Source: Tagaea sp.
Lineage (GTDB): Bacteria; Pseudomonadota; Alphaproteobacteria; CACIAM-22H2
Direction of reading: 5' to 3'
Assembly: GCA_965279525.1 (NCBI GenBank)
Contig: CBDIIB010000002.1
Location: 320,001-384,000, forward strand
Length of the DNA: 64,000 bases
This document shows positions 1 to 9,918 of the stretch, in pieces (position 1 is the stretch's first letter; every line of letters starts with the position of its first letter). The notes under the pieces are model-generated. The model saw nothing but the letters and a program-made list of their open reading frames with translations. It did no database searches and was not told the origin of the DNA. Made by a program: the position numbers and the translations under genes.

Positions 1-257
1 TCGCCGCCGGGCGCGTGGCGGAGATCGAGGCGCTGGACAGCCCGCCCGACTGCCGCGCGGCGTTCGAGCGCGGCTATGCCGCAGCCGTCGCGCGCTGGGG
101 TGCGGCCATGACGGCACCCGAAGACGGCGCCGCCGGCACGGCGCGCACGCGGCGCGCGGATTTCCGCGTGCGCGGCGGGCTTGCCGAGCTGGTCGAACGA
201 CGCTTTCCCGGCGGTGCGTGCGATGTCCGCCTCGTGATCCGCGCCGACGCGGTCTAG
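1..257 (+). CDS. Hypothetical protein, 3' part (probably starts before the window)
   Basis: Open frame ending at TAG 257, convergent with sodC; no recognisable motif. Confidence 0.35.
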   Translation, partial: AAGRVAEIEALDSPPDCRAAFERGYAAAVARWGAAMTAPEDGAAGTARTRRADFRVRGGLAELVERRFPGGACDVRLVIRADAV

Positions 258-802
258 TTCTGCCGCTGGATGACCGCGCAGGCGATGCGCGGGCCCGCAC
301 CGCCGATGGGCTGGCTGGTGTGGTCGTCGGGGTTCTGGTGCACGACGAAGGCGGCCCCGTCGGCATCGAGCAGCGTGCCGCGACCCGAAGCGCCGCCGAT
401 CGACACGAGGGTCGTGAACATCTCGACCTCGACCGAGCCGTCGCGATGCACGATCAGGTTCGGCAGGTCGCCATGGTCGCCCGTCGCGTTGAGCAGGCCG
501 TGCGCGAGACCCGGCGCACCCAGATGCGGACCCGACGCGACGAACCCCGCCGCGTTGTCGGCGCATGTGCCGACCGAATGGATGTGGATGCCCTTGCGGC
601 CCGGCGGCAGGCCGCCTTCGCGCACCTGGATGTTGATCGCGACGCCGCGCGGCCCTTCGACGAGCGCCACCGTGCCGATCTCGCGTCCGTCGCGGTCGAG
701 AAGCATTCCGCCGGCGCGCGCGACCGGTACCTGCGGCATCTGGGCAAGGGCGGCGGCGGAAATTCCGGCCGTCAGCACGACGGCAAGGGTCGAGAGGCGC
801 AT
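254..802 (-). CDS. sodC: Cu/Zn superoxide dismutase family protein, exported
   Basis: Signal peptide MRLSTLAVVLTAG; GIHIH, GPH, HGDLPNL, VVHQNPDD and GGAGPRIACAVI motifs. Confidence 0.9.
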   Translation of the reverse strand: MRLSTLAVVLTAGISAAALAQMPQVPVARAGGMLLDRDGREIGTVALVEGPRGVAINIQVREGGLPPGRKGIHIHSVGTCADNAAGFVASGPHLGAPGLAHGLLNATGDHGDLPNLIVHRDGSVEVEMFTTLVSIGGASGRGTLLDADGAAFVVHQNPDDHTSQPIGGAGPRIACAVIQRQN

Positions 803-845
803 GGTCGTTCCTCCGGTTGTCGTTCTTCTGCAGGCAAGTCTGGTC

Positions 846-1352
846 CTATCCGAGCCGGATGTCGATCTCGGGGTCCGGATCGAGCGCGGCGAGGACGGCG
901 AGCAGGTCGTCGCGCGCCAGCGCCACGCAGCCGGCGGTCGGCGTGTAGCCTTCCCGCGCGACGTGCAGGAAGATGGCGCTGCCGCGACCCGGAACGACGG
1001 GGCCGTCGTTGAACCCGAGCGGCACGACGATGTCGTAGACGCCATCGTCGCGCATCAGGCGTTCGGGATGGTCGGCCACCAGGCGCCGCTGGAGGGTGTT
1101 GTAGGTCGGCAGAGCCGGATCGTCGTCCCACACCATGTCGGTTTCGATCGGCGTGAAGTCGAGCGGGCCGGGCGGTTTCGCCAGCCGGTCGGCCCGCCAG
1201 AATCCGGCGCGCAGGGGCCAGACGCCGGCGGGCGTGCCGGCATCGCCTTCGCGCTTGGTCGCTGCCGGAACGATCCCGCCCTTGCCGATGGCACATGTCC
1301 AGCGGTGCGGCCCGAGAATCGCCATGCCCCTGTCGATGACGATGCGGTTCAT
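846..1352 (-). CDS. L,D-transpeptidase (YkuD-like) family protein
   Basis: KREGDAGTPAG and GSAIFLH...PTAGCVA (His/Cys catalytic) motifs. Confidence 0.85.
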   Translation of the reverse strand: MNRIVIDRGMAILGPHRWTCAIGKGGIVPAATKREGDAGTPAGVWPLRAGFWRADRLAKPPGPLDFTPIETDMVWDDDPALPTYNTLQRRLVADHPERLMRDDGVYDIVVPLGFNDGPVVPGRGSAIFLHVAREGYTPTAGCVALARDDLLAVLAALDPDPEIDIRLG

Positions 1353-1442
1353 GCCCGCCATTCTAGGCCAGATGCGGCGAACGGTCGCGAGGGTGTCCTC
1401 ACTTTTTGATTGCGTGCTGCCGGTCGACTCCCTACAAGCGGC

Positions 1443-1495
1443 CCCGGGCCAGGACCTCCCAACGGGTCCCGGCTCTTCTGAAAGGAAGAGCTCAA
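1443..1495 (+). promoter_or_regulatory. Probable serC leader RNA element
   Basis: Hairpin GGACC-TCCCAACG-GGTCC followed by CTCTTC-TGAAAG-GAAGAG covering the RBS directly upstream of serC; resembles the alphaproteobacterial serC leader motif (from recall). Confidence 0.55.
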
Positions 1496-2662
1496 ATGAC
1501 AAAACCGACCACGCGTCCCAATTGCGCCAATTTTTCGTCCGGCCCGTGCGCCAAGCGCCCCGGATGGTCCCTTGAAAACCTGAAAGACGCCGCCCTCGGG
1601 CGTTCGCACCGCTCGAAGCTCGGCAAGGCCAAGCTCGTCGACGTGATCGAACGCACGCGCCGCGTGCTCGGCATCCCTGCGGATTATCGCATCGGCATCG
1701 TGCCGGCGTCGGATACCGGTGCCGTCGAGATGGCGATGTGGTCGCTGCTCGGCCCTCGCGGTGTGGATCTGCTGACGTGGGAATCGTTCGGTTCGGGCTG
1801 GGTGACGGATGCCGTCAAGCAGCTGAAGCTCAAGGACACGCGCACGCTGGAAGCCGGCTACGGCAAGCTGCCCGACCTCAAATCCGTCAATTTCGACAAC
1901 GACGTGCTGTTCACGTGGAACGGCACCACGTCGGGTGTCCGCGTGCCCAACGGCGACTGGATCCCGGCAGACCGCAAGGGCCTGACGCTGTGCGACGCCA
2001 CGTCGGCGACCTTCGCCATGCGCCTGCCGTGGGACAAACTCGATGTGACCACGTGGTCCTGGCAGAAGGTGCTCGGCGGCGAAGGCCAGCACGGCATGCT
2101 CGTCCTCAGCCCCCGCGCGGTCGAACGCCTGACCACCTATACCCCGCCCTGGCCGATGCCCAAGATCTTCCGCCTGACGCAGGGCGGCAAGCTGATCGAA
2201 GGCGTGTTCAAGGGCGAGACGATCAACACACCCTCGATGCTCGCGGTCGAAGACGCGCTCGACGGCCTGATCTGGGCCGAGAAGCTCGGCGGACTCGATG
2301 CGCTCGTGAAACGCTCGGAAGGGAACCTCGCCGCGATCGAGACGTGGGCCGCGAAGACGCCGTGGGTCGGTTTCCTCGCCGCCGACAAGGCGATCCGCTC
2401 GTGCACGTCGGTCTGTCTGGTCATCAACGACCCGGCGGTCGCCGCACTGGATGCCGATGCGAAGGCCGCCTTCTCGAAGAAGATGGTTTCGCTGCTGGAA
2501 GCCGAGAAGGTCGCCTACGACATCGACGCCTACCGCGATGCGCCGCCGGGGCTTCGCATCTGGGCGGGGGCAACCGTCGAGACGTCCGATCTCGAAGCGT
2601 TGTTCGGCTGGCTCGAATGGGCCTTCGCGGAAGCCAAGTCCGGGCTCGCCAAGGCCGCCTGA
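1496..2662 (+). CDS. serC: Phosphoserine aminotransferase
   Basis: [27 protein letters not shown] (PLP Lys) and TINTPSM motifs; upstream of serA. Confidence 0.95.
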   Translation: MTKPTTRPNCANFSSGPCAKRPGWSLENLKDAALGRSHRSKLGKAKLVDVIERTRRVLGIPADYRIGIVPASDTGAVEMAMWSLLGPRGVDLLTWESFGSGWVTDAVKQLKLKDTRTLEAGYGKLPDLKSVNFDNDVLFTWNGTTSGVRVPNGDWIPADRKGLTLCDATSATFAMRLPWDKLDVTTWSWQKVLGGEGQHGMLVLSPRAVERLTTYTPPWPMPKIFRLTQGGKLIEGVFKGETINTPSMLAVEDALDGLIWAEKLGGLDALVKRSEGNLAAIETWAAKTPWVGFLAADKAIRSCTSVCLVINDPAVAALDADAKAAFSKKMVSLLEAEKVAYDIDAYRDAPPGLRIWAGATVETSDLEALFGWLEWAFAEAKSGLAKAA

Positions 2663-2713
2663 TCCCTTTTCCGTTTCCTTTCGACGCGCGGGAAATCGCG
2701 CGAGGAGTTTCAC

Positions 2714-4291
2714 ATGCCCAAGGTCCTCATCTCCGACGCCCTTTCCCCGCGTGCCGTCGACATCTTCAAGGAGCGCGGCATCGAGACCGACATGAAGGTC
2801 GGCCTGAAGCCCGACGAGCTGAAGGCGATCATCGGCAACTATGACGGGCTGGCGATCCGCTCGGCCACCAAGGCGACCGCCGACCTGCTGGCGGCCGCCA
2901 CGCATCTGAAGGTCATCGGGCGCGCGGGCATCGGCGTGGACAATGTCGACGTGCCGGCGGCCACCGCACGCGGCATCGTCGTGATGAACACGCCGTTCGG
3001 CAACTCGATCACGACGGCCGAACACGCCATCGCGATGATGATGGCGCTCGCCCGCCAGCTTCCCGCCGCCGACAAGTCGACCCAGGCCGGCAAGTGGGAG
3101 AAGAACCGCTTCATGGGCGTGGAAGTGGCCGGCAAGACGCTGGGCCTGATCGGGGCCGGCAATATCGGCTCGATCGTCGCCGACCGCGCGCATGGCCTCA
3201 AGATGAAGGTCATCGCGTTCGATCCGTTCCTGTCGCCGGAACGCGCACAGGTGCTGGGGCTGGAGAAGGTGGATCTCGACACGTTGCTGGCGCGCGCCGA
3301 TTTCATCACGCTGCACACGCCGCTGACCGAGCAGACCAAGAACATCCTCGACGCCAAGGCCTTCGCCAAGACCAAGAAGGGCGTGCGCATCATCAACTGC
3401 GCGCGCGGCGGGCTGGTCGTGGAAGCCGACCTGAAGGCCGCGCTCGAATCGGGCCAGGTCGCGGGCGCGGCCCTCGACGTGTTCCTGACGGAACCTGCCA
3501 AGGAAAACCCGCTCTTCGGGCGCGACGACGTGATCTGCACGCCGCATCTGGGTGCGTCCACCAGCGAGGCGCAGGAGAACGTGGCGCTGCAGGTGGCCGA
3601 GCAGATGTCGGACTACCTGCTGACCGGTGCCGTGACCAACGCCGTCAACATGCCGTCGGTCTCGGCCGAGGACGCGCCCAAACTGCGTCCCTACATGCAG
3701 CTCGCCACGAACCTGGGTTCGTATCTGGGCCAGCTGCAGGACGAGAACGTCAAGTCGCTGTCGATCGAATACGAAGGCGCCGTCGCCAACCTCAACACCA
3801 AGCCGCTGACCGCGTGCGTGCTGGCGGGGTTCCTGGGCGCGCAGCTCGAAAGCGTCAACACCGTCTCCGCACCCGCCGTCGCGCGCGAACGCGGCCTTGC
3901 CTTCACCGACATGCGCCACGACCGCGCGTCGGACTATCCGACGCTGATCCGCGTGACGGTCGTCTCGGAAGGCAACGTGCGCCAGATCGCCGGCTCGCTG
4001 TTCGGCAACGCCAAGCCGCGCATCGTCGAGATCGCCGAAGTGCCGCTGGAGGCCGAGTTCATGCCGCACATGCTTTATGTACGAAACCAGGACAAGCCGG
4101 GCTTCATCGGCTCGATCGGCCGGCTGTTCGGCGATGCCGGCATCAACATCGCGTCGTTCAACCTCGGGCGCCAGACGCGCGGCGGCGAAGCGATCTGCCT
4201 CATCGCCGTCGACCAGCCGATCGGCGAAGCGGTGCTGGCCAAGGTGCGTGCACTGCCGCAGGTGCTGCGGGCAAGGGCGCTGACGTTCTGA
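2714..4291 (+). CDS. serA: D-3-phosphoglycerate dehydrogenase
   Basis: GRAGIGVDN, GAGNIG, INCARG and TPHLGAST motifs; C-terminal ACT domain (DKPGFIG). Confidence 0.97.
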   Translation: MPKVLISDALSPRAVDIFKERGIETDMKVGLKPDELKAIIGNYDGLAIRSATKATADLLAAATHLKVIGRAGIGVDNVDVPAATARGIVVMNTPFGNSITTAEHAIAMMMALARQLPAADKSTQAGKWEKNRFMGVEVAGKTLGLIGAGNIGSIVADRAHGLKMKVIAFDPFLSPERAQVLGLEKVDLDTLLARADFITLHTPLTEQTKNILDAKAFAKTKKGVRIINCARGGLVVEADLKAALESGQVAGAALDVFLTEPAKENPLFGRDDVICTPHLGASTSEAQENVALQVAEQMSDYLLTGAVTNAVNMPSVSAEDAPKLRPYMQLATNLGSYLGQLQDENVKSLSIEYEGAVANLNTKPLTACVLAGFLGAQLESVNTVSAPAVARERGLAFTDMRHDRASDYPTLIRVTVVSEGNVRQIAGSLFGNAKPRIVEIAEVPLEAEFMPHMLYVRNQDKPGFIGSIGRLFGDAGINIASFNLGRQTRGGEAICLIAVDQPIGEAVLAKVRALPQVLRARALTF

Positions 4292-4293
4292 CA

Positions 4294-4341
4294 CCCTCAC
4301 CCTAGCCCTCTCCCGCAAGCGGGAGAGGGCTAGGGTGAGGG
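4294..4341. repeat. Long palindrome (REP-like / terminator) CCCTCACCCTAGCCCTCTCCCGC-AA-GCGGGAGAGGGCTAGGGTGAGGG
   Basis: Perfect inverted repeat immediately after the serA stop; shorter variant at about 6641-6677. Confidence 0.85.
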
Positions 4342-4344
4342 GGG

Positions 4345-4548
4345 CTAAGACTGGATGTTTCCGTCATGCCCGGGCTTGTCCCGGGCATCCACGACTTTGG
4401 CGGCAGCACGCGCGACGTCGTCGAGTGCTGCGGCGAACACCGCGGGGTTCGGGTCTTCGAAGCACGCGGCGAGATACTCGGCGACCGTTTCCGGTTCGTC
4501 GAGATAGTCGGTCGCGTCGAACTTATGTCCTCTTTCCATCGCCATCAC
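4345..4548 (-). pseudogene. Truncated addiction-module antidote protein (HI1420-like)
   Basis: FDATDYL...AEYLAACFEDPNPAVFAAALDDVARA; the HTH half is missing and the frame ends in REP-derived sequence. Confidence 0.7.
4361..4395. repeat. REP-like palindrome CCGTCATGCCCGGGCTTGTCCCGGGCATCCACGAC
   Basis: Identical copies at 6700-6734 (direct) and 6974-7008 (inverted). Confidence 0.85.
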
Positions 4549-4658
4549 GCAAATCTTAGGCTCTCGAACCGTCGCCAGAATCTATAACTTCAACCAAATT
4601 GACTTATGACTACAATTTTAAGATATTTTAGTTGTTGATCTGAACTCGCTTACGAGAT

Positions 4659-5765
4659 GTGCAGATGGGTGACTCAAGCGGCAATCAAGGTACCCTGGAT
4701 GAGAAGAAGTCCGGAGGTGTGCCAATCGAATTAAAAATAGATGTTTCAAGCAAACTTCTAGAGAAAGTTTGGAAGTCGCTAGATCGGGCGACTGCGGGAT
4801 TGTTTAGCGCGTGGAGACTTCGTCGGGAGGGGTACGCAACTGCTGACGTAAAGGCTTATGAGATGCGCGCCCTCGTTCAAGCGGAGAAAGACGCCGAGGA
4901 AATTAGGGGAGGGCGAGCCCGAGTGGGGAAATCTGGGGCATTGGAGGCACTGCCACAATCGCAAGACTCAAAGCTTAACGCGTCGCCGACAGACCTGATT
5001 AGGTTTTTAGTTGAAAATGGTGAGCGACAGATAGTCGCCGATCATTTGCGAAAGCAGATTAATCTTGTGAAGACTGGTTTGCTAGCTGAGGCCTATGCTT
5101 CTGATCGAAGTGGGGATGCGCCCAATGAAGATGTTTCCGAAGAATGGCTATCTCGATGGAGGCATGAAGCTCAGAATGTTGACGATGATAGTTTGCGGCA
5201 AATTTGGGCGAAGCTTTTAACCGAAGAGACCGTAAGTCCGGGAACCCATCCAATTCGTTTGATAAATCTACTTGGCGGGCTATCAAGAAAGGATGCGGAA
5301 TTAGTCGAGAAGCTTGGCCAATATGTTTTCGATCGGCGCTTTATTGTTGAATATGTTCAGCAGGTAAAATGGAATCATTTCGACGTATTTAAGGAAAGAA
5401 TTGGTTTGGAGGAACTGCTCTATCTTCAGGAGCTAGGGATAGTAACGGGACTCGGTGGATTGTTTACCCGAAGCATTCATTCGTCCCTTCCAGATCAGTT
5501 TACGGCGGCTCTAAAGATCGCTGATCGATGCGTGATCATTCGTGATCCTGATCCGAAGAAGAAGCTAGAGGTTGGCACTTTTGGACTTACGCAGGTTGGC
5601 GCCAAACTTGTGGAGCTTGGTAGTTTTATCCCCAGCGAAGAGTATCTTTTTGATATGGCGCGAGCAGCCAAGCTGGCAGGGTTTGATGGCAAAGTAGCTA
5701 AGTGGAAGCCAAGTACTGAATTACCAGGCCAGATTTATATATTCGACGAAGTATCGCCGCCATAG
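4659..5765 (+). CDS. DUF2806-like protein
   Basis: Low-GC 368-aa ORF; RKQINL...DVSEEWLSRW...LRQIWAKLLTEETVSPG pattern. Confidence 0.7.
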   Translation: MQMGDSSGNQGTLDEKKSGGVPIELKIDVSSKLLEKVWKSLDRATAGLFSAWRLRREGYATADVKAYEMRALVQAEKDAEEIRGGRARVGKSGALEALPQSQDSKLNASPTDLIRFLVENGERQIVADHLRKQINLVKTGLLAEAYASDRSGDAPNEDVSEEWLSRWRHEAQNVDDDSLRQIWAKLLTEETVSPGTHPIRLINLLGGLSRKDAELVEKLGQYVFDRRFIVEYVQQVKWNHFDVFKERIGLEELLYLQELGIVTGLGGLFTRSIHSSLPDQFTAALKIADRCVIIRDPDPKKKLEVGTFGLTQVGAKLVELGSFIPSEEYLFDMARAAKLAGFDGKVAKWKPSTELPGQIYIFDEVSPP

Positions 5766-5809
5766 GCGCGCAGAGTGCTCATGGCTTATTAAGCTGAAGT
5801 TCTAATTTT

Positions 5810-6397
5810 CTAAAAAAGCTTGCTGCGAATGGCGCCCTCATCGCGAAAGTAATATCTAAACTCCTCATCAATTAGACGGCTGCATTTGTGGAGGTTTTTT
5901 TCTATGTTTTGGCGCCCCATTCTATCTTTATTGTCTTTAAACATCAGATGGTAAAAAGCTGTCCAGAAAATTGCCGCGTCACTTAAGTTTATGATTTGAG
6001 TTGGGGCGACGACAGAGAGGCATTTGCTGTTCCTGAGTAAGTGCCTAGCAAATTTATTCTTTTGGTTTGCCGCAAGGCAGCTGGAAATAAATACGCGGCG
6101 ACCGTTGACGTGAGGAGCGATTATTTTGGCGAGATCTTTATCAGACAGCGAGTCGAGTGTGGTCCAAAATTCACCCTCATTGCCGTGACACGACAAGTGT
6201 AAATATCGGAAACTTGATTTGCCGAAGTCCTGAATGGCGGCGGCAAGTTCTTTTTTGTTTCTTACGTAGATGTACGCGGACGTTTTGCCTGCCAATCGCA
6301 ATGTACGGGAGATGATCTCTCCTTCCTTATGGGATTGCTCTTCGAGGAATCCCACGGACTCAATTATGCAAACTTTGGCTTTGGTTTTTCTTGCCAT
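5810..6397 (-). CDS. Hypothetical protein with caspase/CHAT-like (DUF6642-like) His-Gly/Cys motifs
   Basis: Low-GC ORF; YLHLSCHG...VFISSC pattern. Confidence 0.6.
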   Translation of the reverse strand: MARKTKAKVCIIESVGFLEEQSHKEGEIISRTLRLAGKTSAYIYVRNKKELAAAIQDFGKSSFRYLHLSCHGNEGEFWTTLDSLSDKDLAKIIAPHVNGRRVFISSCLAANQKNKFARHLLRNSKCLSVVAPTQIINLSDAAIFWTAFYHLMFKDNKDRMGRQNIEKNLHKCSRLIDEEFRYYFRDEGAIRSKLF

Positions 6398-6480
6398 TGG
6401 GTACACCACCTATAGTATAATTCACTGAAAACAAAAAGCATTCTTAACTTTACTAATATAGAATTTTCTCAAGAGAGGAC

Positions 6481-6861
6481 ATGCCGGCATCAACATCGCG
6501 TCGTTCAACCTCGGCCGCCAGACGCGCGGCGGCGAAGCGATCCGCCTCATCGCCGTCGACCAGCCGATCGGCGAAGCGGTGCTAGCCAAAGTGCGTGCGT
6601 TGTCGCAGGTGCTGCGGGCACGGGCGCTGACGTTCTGAATCCCTCACCCCGGCCCTCTCCCGCAAGCGGGAGAGGGGTTCTTCCTAAGACTAGATGCTTC
6701 CGTCATGCCCGGGCTTGTCCCGGGCATCCACGACATTGGCGGCGGCACGCGCGACGTCGTCGAGTGCTGCGGCGAACACGGCAGGGTTCGGGTCTTCGAG
6801 GCACGCAGCGAGATACTCGGCGGCCGTTTCCGGGTCGTCGAGGTAGTCGGCTGCGTCGAAC
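6481..6861. repeat. Direct repeat copy 2: degenerate serA 3' fragment (6481-6638) + palindromes + antitoxin fragment
   Basis: ATGCCGGCATCAACATCGCG...GCGCTGACGTTCTGA matches 4134-4291 with a few substitutions. Confidence 0.9.
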
Positions 6862-6884
6862 CGGCTGTGAATTGCTATGGCCAT
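6690..6884 (-). pseudogene. Truncated addiction-module antidote protein, second copy
   Basis: FDAADYLDDPETAAEYLAACLEDPNP; same truncation point as 4345-4548. Confidence 0.7.
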
Positions 6885-7060
6885 GGATCGCCGGATATCA
6901 CGGCAATCGCGATAATACAAAACGGTGCTACGACGGTCGCAGCACTACGACAGTCCGAGACGATGCATCCCTAGTCGTGGATGCCCGGGACAAGCCCGGG
7001 CATGACGGAAAAAACTGAGCGGCAGTGACGGAAAAAGTCGAGTGCGGGCCTGATTTCAGC

Positions 7061-7097
7061 TTGCCTCCTAAACCAAATTATCCTATACTAGGATAAT
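7061..7097 (+). promoter_or_regulatory. Sigma70-like promoter with overlapping operator-like palindrome
   Basis: TTGCCT-N17-TATACT; inverted repeat ATTATCCTA-TAC-TAGGATAAT at 7077-7097. Confidence 0.5.
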
Positions 7098-7328
7098 GAA
7101 CACGTTTTGCGGTCCCACCCCTGATTTCGGCGAAGTTTGCGTCAAGCAAATCGCGTCACCTGTAAACTCCGCTGTATGGTTTTCGAGCCAGAACAGGGGG
7201 TTGCGGCAGTTGACCGTCAACTGCCGTCGCCTCCCGTCAACTCCCGTCAACCGGAATTCCGGTTGGCTTGGGACCGCAAAAACGGCTAATCAGGCGCGAA
7301 CCCGTGCGGGGTTCTCACGGGGATTCGC

Positions 7329-8483
7329 ATGAATGAACTCGTCACCCGGGCCTTGCTGCCCGCCGGCCTGCGCGATGCCTTGCCGCCCGAGGCGGATCAG
7401 GAAGCCGACATCGTCTGGCGCGTGACGCAGGTGTTCCAGCGCTTCGGCTATGCGCGCGTCAAGCCGCCGATGGTGGAGTTCGAGGACTCGCTGCTTGCCG
7501 GCAGCCAGGCCGGCATGTCGCGCCACTGCTTCCGCCTGATGGATCCCGACAGTCAGCGCATGATGGCGCTGCGCGCCGACATGACGCCGCAGGTGGCGCG
7601 CATCGCGGCCACGCGCCTGAAGGGCGAGCCGCGCCCGCTGCGTCTTTCCTATGCCGGCCAGGTCATGCGCGTGAAGGGCGACACGCTGCGCCCCGAGCGC
7701 CAGTTCGGCCAGGTGGGGGCCGAGCTGATCGGTGCGGACCAGGCCGCCGCCGACGCCGAGATCATCGCGATGTCGGCGACCGCGTTGGCCGAAGTGGGTG
7801 CCGCCAACGTGTCGGTCGATCTCGCCATTCCCTATCTGGTGCCGGCCATCATCGGCTGGAGCCAGGTGCCGCCCGGCGTGGCGGCGGACCTGCGCGCCGC
7901 CCTCGACCGCAAGGATGCGGCCGCCGTGATCGCGCGCGGCGGCAAGGTCGGCCCGCTTCTCGCCGGCCTCATCGCGGCGAGCGGGCCGGTGCCCGAAGCA
8001 CTCGCGAAGCTCGACGCGCTCGACCTGCCGCCGACCGCGCGCAAGGAAGTGGCCCGCCTCAACGAAGCGGTGGCGCTGCTGCGCGCGGCGTTGCCCGATC
8101 TGTCGCTGACGGTGGATGCCGTCGAGCGGCGCGGCTTCGAATACCAGAAGGGGCTCTCCTTCACGATCTTCGCGCGCGGCGTGCGCGGCGAGCTTGGCCG
8201 CGGCGGACGCTACCTTGCCGGCGAAGACCTGATGGAAGGGGCCGGCGAGACCGCGACGGGCGTGACGCTCTTCACCGACACGGTGCTGCGCGCGATCCCG
8301 TTTCCGGAGACGAGCCCGCGCACCTTCGCCCCGTTCGGCACGTCGCCGGCCACGCTCGCGACGCTTCGCGCCGCGGGTACCCGCATCGTCCAGGGCCTTG
8401 CCCCCGTCGCCGATCCGGCCGCCGAAGCGCGCCGGCTCGGCTGCACCCATGTGCTGCGCGACGGCAAACCGATCGCCTTATAG
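7329..8483 (+). CDS. hisZ: ATP phosphoribosyltransferase regulatory subunit
   Basis: LLPAGLRD, LRADMTPQVARIA, RQFGQVGAELIG and GRGGRY motifs; upstream of purA. Confidence 0.93.
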   Translation: MNELVTRALLPAGLRDALPPEADQEADIVWRVTQVFQRFGYARVKPPMVEFEDSLLAGSQAGMSRHCFRLMDPDSQRMMALRADMTPQVARIAATRLKGEPRPLRLSYAGQVMRVKGDTLRPERQFGQVGAELIGADQAAADAEIIAMSATALAEVGAANVSVDLAIPYLVPAIIGWSQVPPGVAADLRAALDRKDAAAVIARGGKVGPLLAGLIAASGPVPEALAKLDALDLPPTARKEVARLNEAVALLRAALPDLSLTVDAVERRGFEYQKGLSFTIFARGVRGELGRGGRYLAGEDLMEGAGETATGVTLFTDTVLRAIPFPETSPRTFAPFGTSPATLATLRAAGTRIVQGLAPVADPAAEARRLGCTHVLRDGKPIAL

Positions 8484-8495
8484 GGAAACGAAAAC

Positions 8496-9788
8496 ATGAC
8501 CAACGTCACCGTCGTCGGCTCGCAGTGGGGCGATGAAGGCAAGGGCAAGATCGTCGACTGGCTGTCGGAGCGCGCGGAGATCGTCGTGCGTTTCCAGGGC
8601 GGCCACAATGCCGGCCACACGCTGGTCATCGACGGCGTCGTCTACAAGCTGTCGCTGCTGCCGTCGGGCGTCGTGCGGCCGGGCAAGCTCGGCATCATCG
8701 GCAACGGCGTGGTCGTCGATCCGTGGCATCTCGTCAAGGAGATCGCCTCGATCCGCGAGAAGGGCGTCCATGTCGGCCCCGAAAACCTGCGCATCGCCGA
8801 GAACGCGCCGCTGATCCTGCCGCTGCATGCCGAGATCGACAAGCTGCGCGAGGAAGCGCGCGGTGCGGACAAGATCGGCACGACGGGCCGCGGCATCGGG
8901 CCGGCCTACGAGGACAAGGTCGCGCGCCGCGCCATCCGCGTGTGCGATCTGGGCGATCCCGCCACGCTCAAGGGCAAGCTCGACGAGCTGCTGCGCCACC
9001 ACGACGCGCTGCGCAAGGGCCTGGGGTTTCCCGCCGTCGACCGGGCGGCGCTGGAAAAGGCGCTCGCCGAGATCGCCCCGCAGATCCTGCCTTATGCCGA
9101 TCCGGTGTGGCCGTTCCTCGACCAGGCGTGCCGCAAGGGCAAGCGCATCCTGTTCGAGGGCGCGCAGGGCGCGCTGCTCGACGTCGACCACGGCACCTAT
9201 CCGTTCGTCACGTCGTCCAACACGGTGTCGGCGCAGGCGGCCACCGGCTCGGGCGTGGGGCCGCAGAACACGGGCTTCGTGCTCGGCATCACCAAGGCCT
9301 ACACGACGCGTGTGGGCTCGGGCCCGTTCCCGACCGAACTCACCGATGCGGTGGGCAAGGGGCTGGGCGAGCGCGGTCACGAGTTCGGCACCGTCACCGG
9401 CCGGCCGCGGCGCTGCGGCTGGTTCGATGCCGTGCTCGTGCGCCAGACCGTGCGCGTGGGCGGGCTTCGCGGCATTGCCCTCACGAAGCTCGACGTGCTC
9501 GACGGCATGGACGAACTGAAGGTGTGCGTGGCCTACGACATCGACGGGCAGCGCTACGACCGCATGCCCGCCGCCTCGCATCTGCAGGCCAAGGCAAAGC
9601 CGGTCTACGAGACGATGCGCGGCTGGAAGGAATCCACGCGCGGAGCGCGCTCGTGGGCCGATCTGCCGGCCGCCGCGATCAAGTACATCGTGCGTATCGA
9701 GGAACTGATCGGCTGCCGCGTGGCGATGCTGTCGACCAGCCCCGAGCGCAACGACACGATCCTCGTCGAGGATCCGTTCGCCGGCTGA
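8496..9788 (+). CDS. purA: Adenylosuccinate synthetase
   Basis: [29 protein letters not shown] and EGAQG motifs. Confidence 0.98.
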   Translation: MTNVTVVGSQWGDEGKGKIVDWLSERAEIVVRFQGGHNAGHTLVIDGVVYKLSLLPSGVVRPGKLGIIGNGVVVDPWHLVKEIASIREKGVHVGPENLRIAENAPLILPLHAEIDKLREEARGADKIGTTGRGIGPAYEDKVARRAIRVCDLGDPATLKGKLDELLRHHDALRKGLGFPAVDRAALEKALAEIAPQILPYADPVWPFLDQACRKGKRILFEGAQGALLDVDHGTYPFVTSSNTVSAQAATGSGVGPQNTGFVLGITKAYTTRVGSGPFPTELTDAVGKGLGERGHEFGTVTGRPRRCGWFDAVLVRQTVRVGGLRGIALTKLDVLDGMDELKVCVAYDIDGQRYDRMPAASHLQAKAKPVYETMRGWKESTRGARSWADLPAAAIKYIVRIEELIGCRVAMLSTSPERNDTILVEDPFAG

Positions 9789-9821
9789 GTTCCGGCTTAT
9801 CATTGTATGTCATTGGAATAA

Positions 9822-9854
9822 TTAACGATTTATCGATTTTTGGTGGCGTAGACT
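9822..9854 (+). promoter_or_regulatory. Candidate CtrA-type promoter, copy 1
   Basis: TTAACGATTTATCGA followed by TAGACT; same spacing as 12514-12546. Confidence 0.4.
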
Positions 9855-9918
9855 CGCCCGGTTTTGCCGAGCTCCCGATCGAGGGAGCCGGCAAGAAGGG
9901 GGGAGCAAGCGTCCGTCC

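Larger units (their letters stand above)
4134..4522. repeat. Direct repeat copy 1: serA 3' end + palindromic elements + antitoxin fragment
   Basis: Aligns by eye with 6481-6861. Confidence 0.9.

Noticed and set aside
1349-4318. 989-aa minus-strand ORF and similar long shadow ORFs (e.g. 8478-9803, 9679-11670, 35667-37424, 62322-63971)
   Set aside because: Antisense to well-supported genes; expected from high-GC codon bias; no motifs
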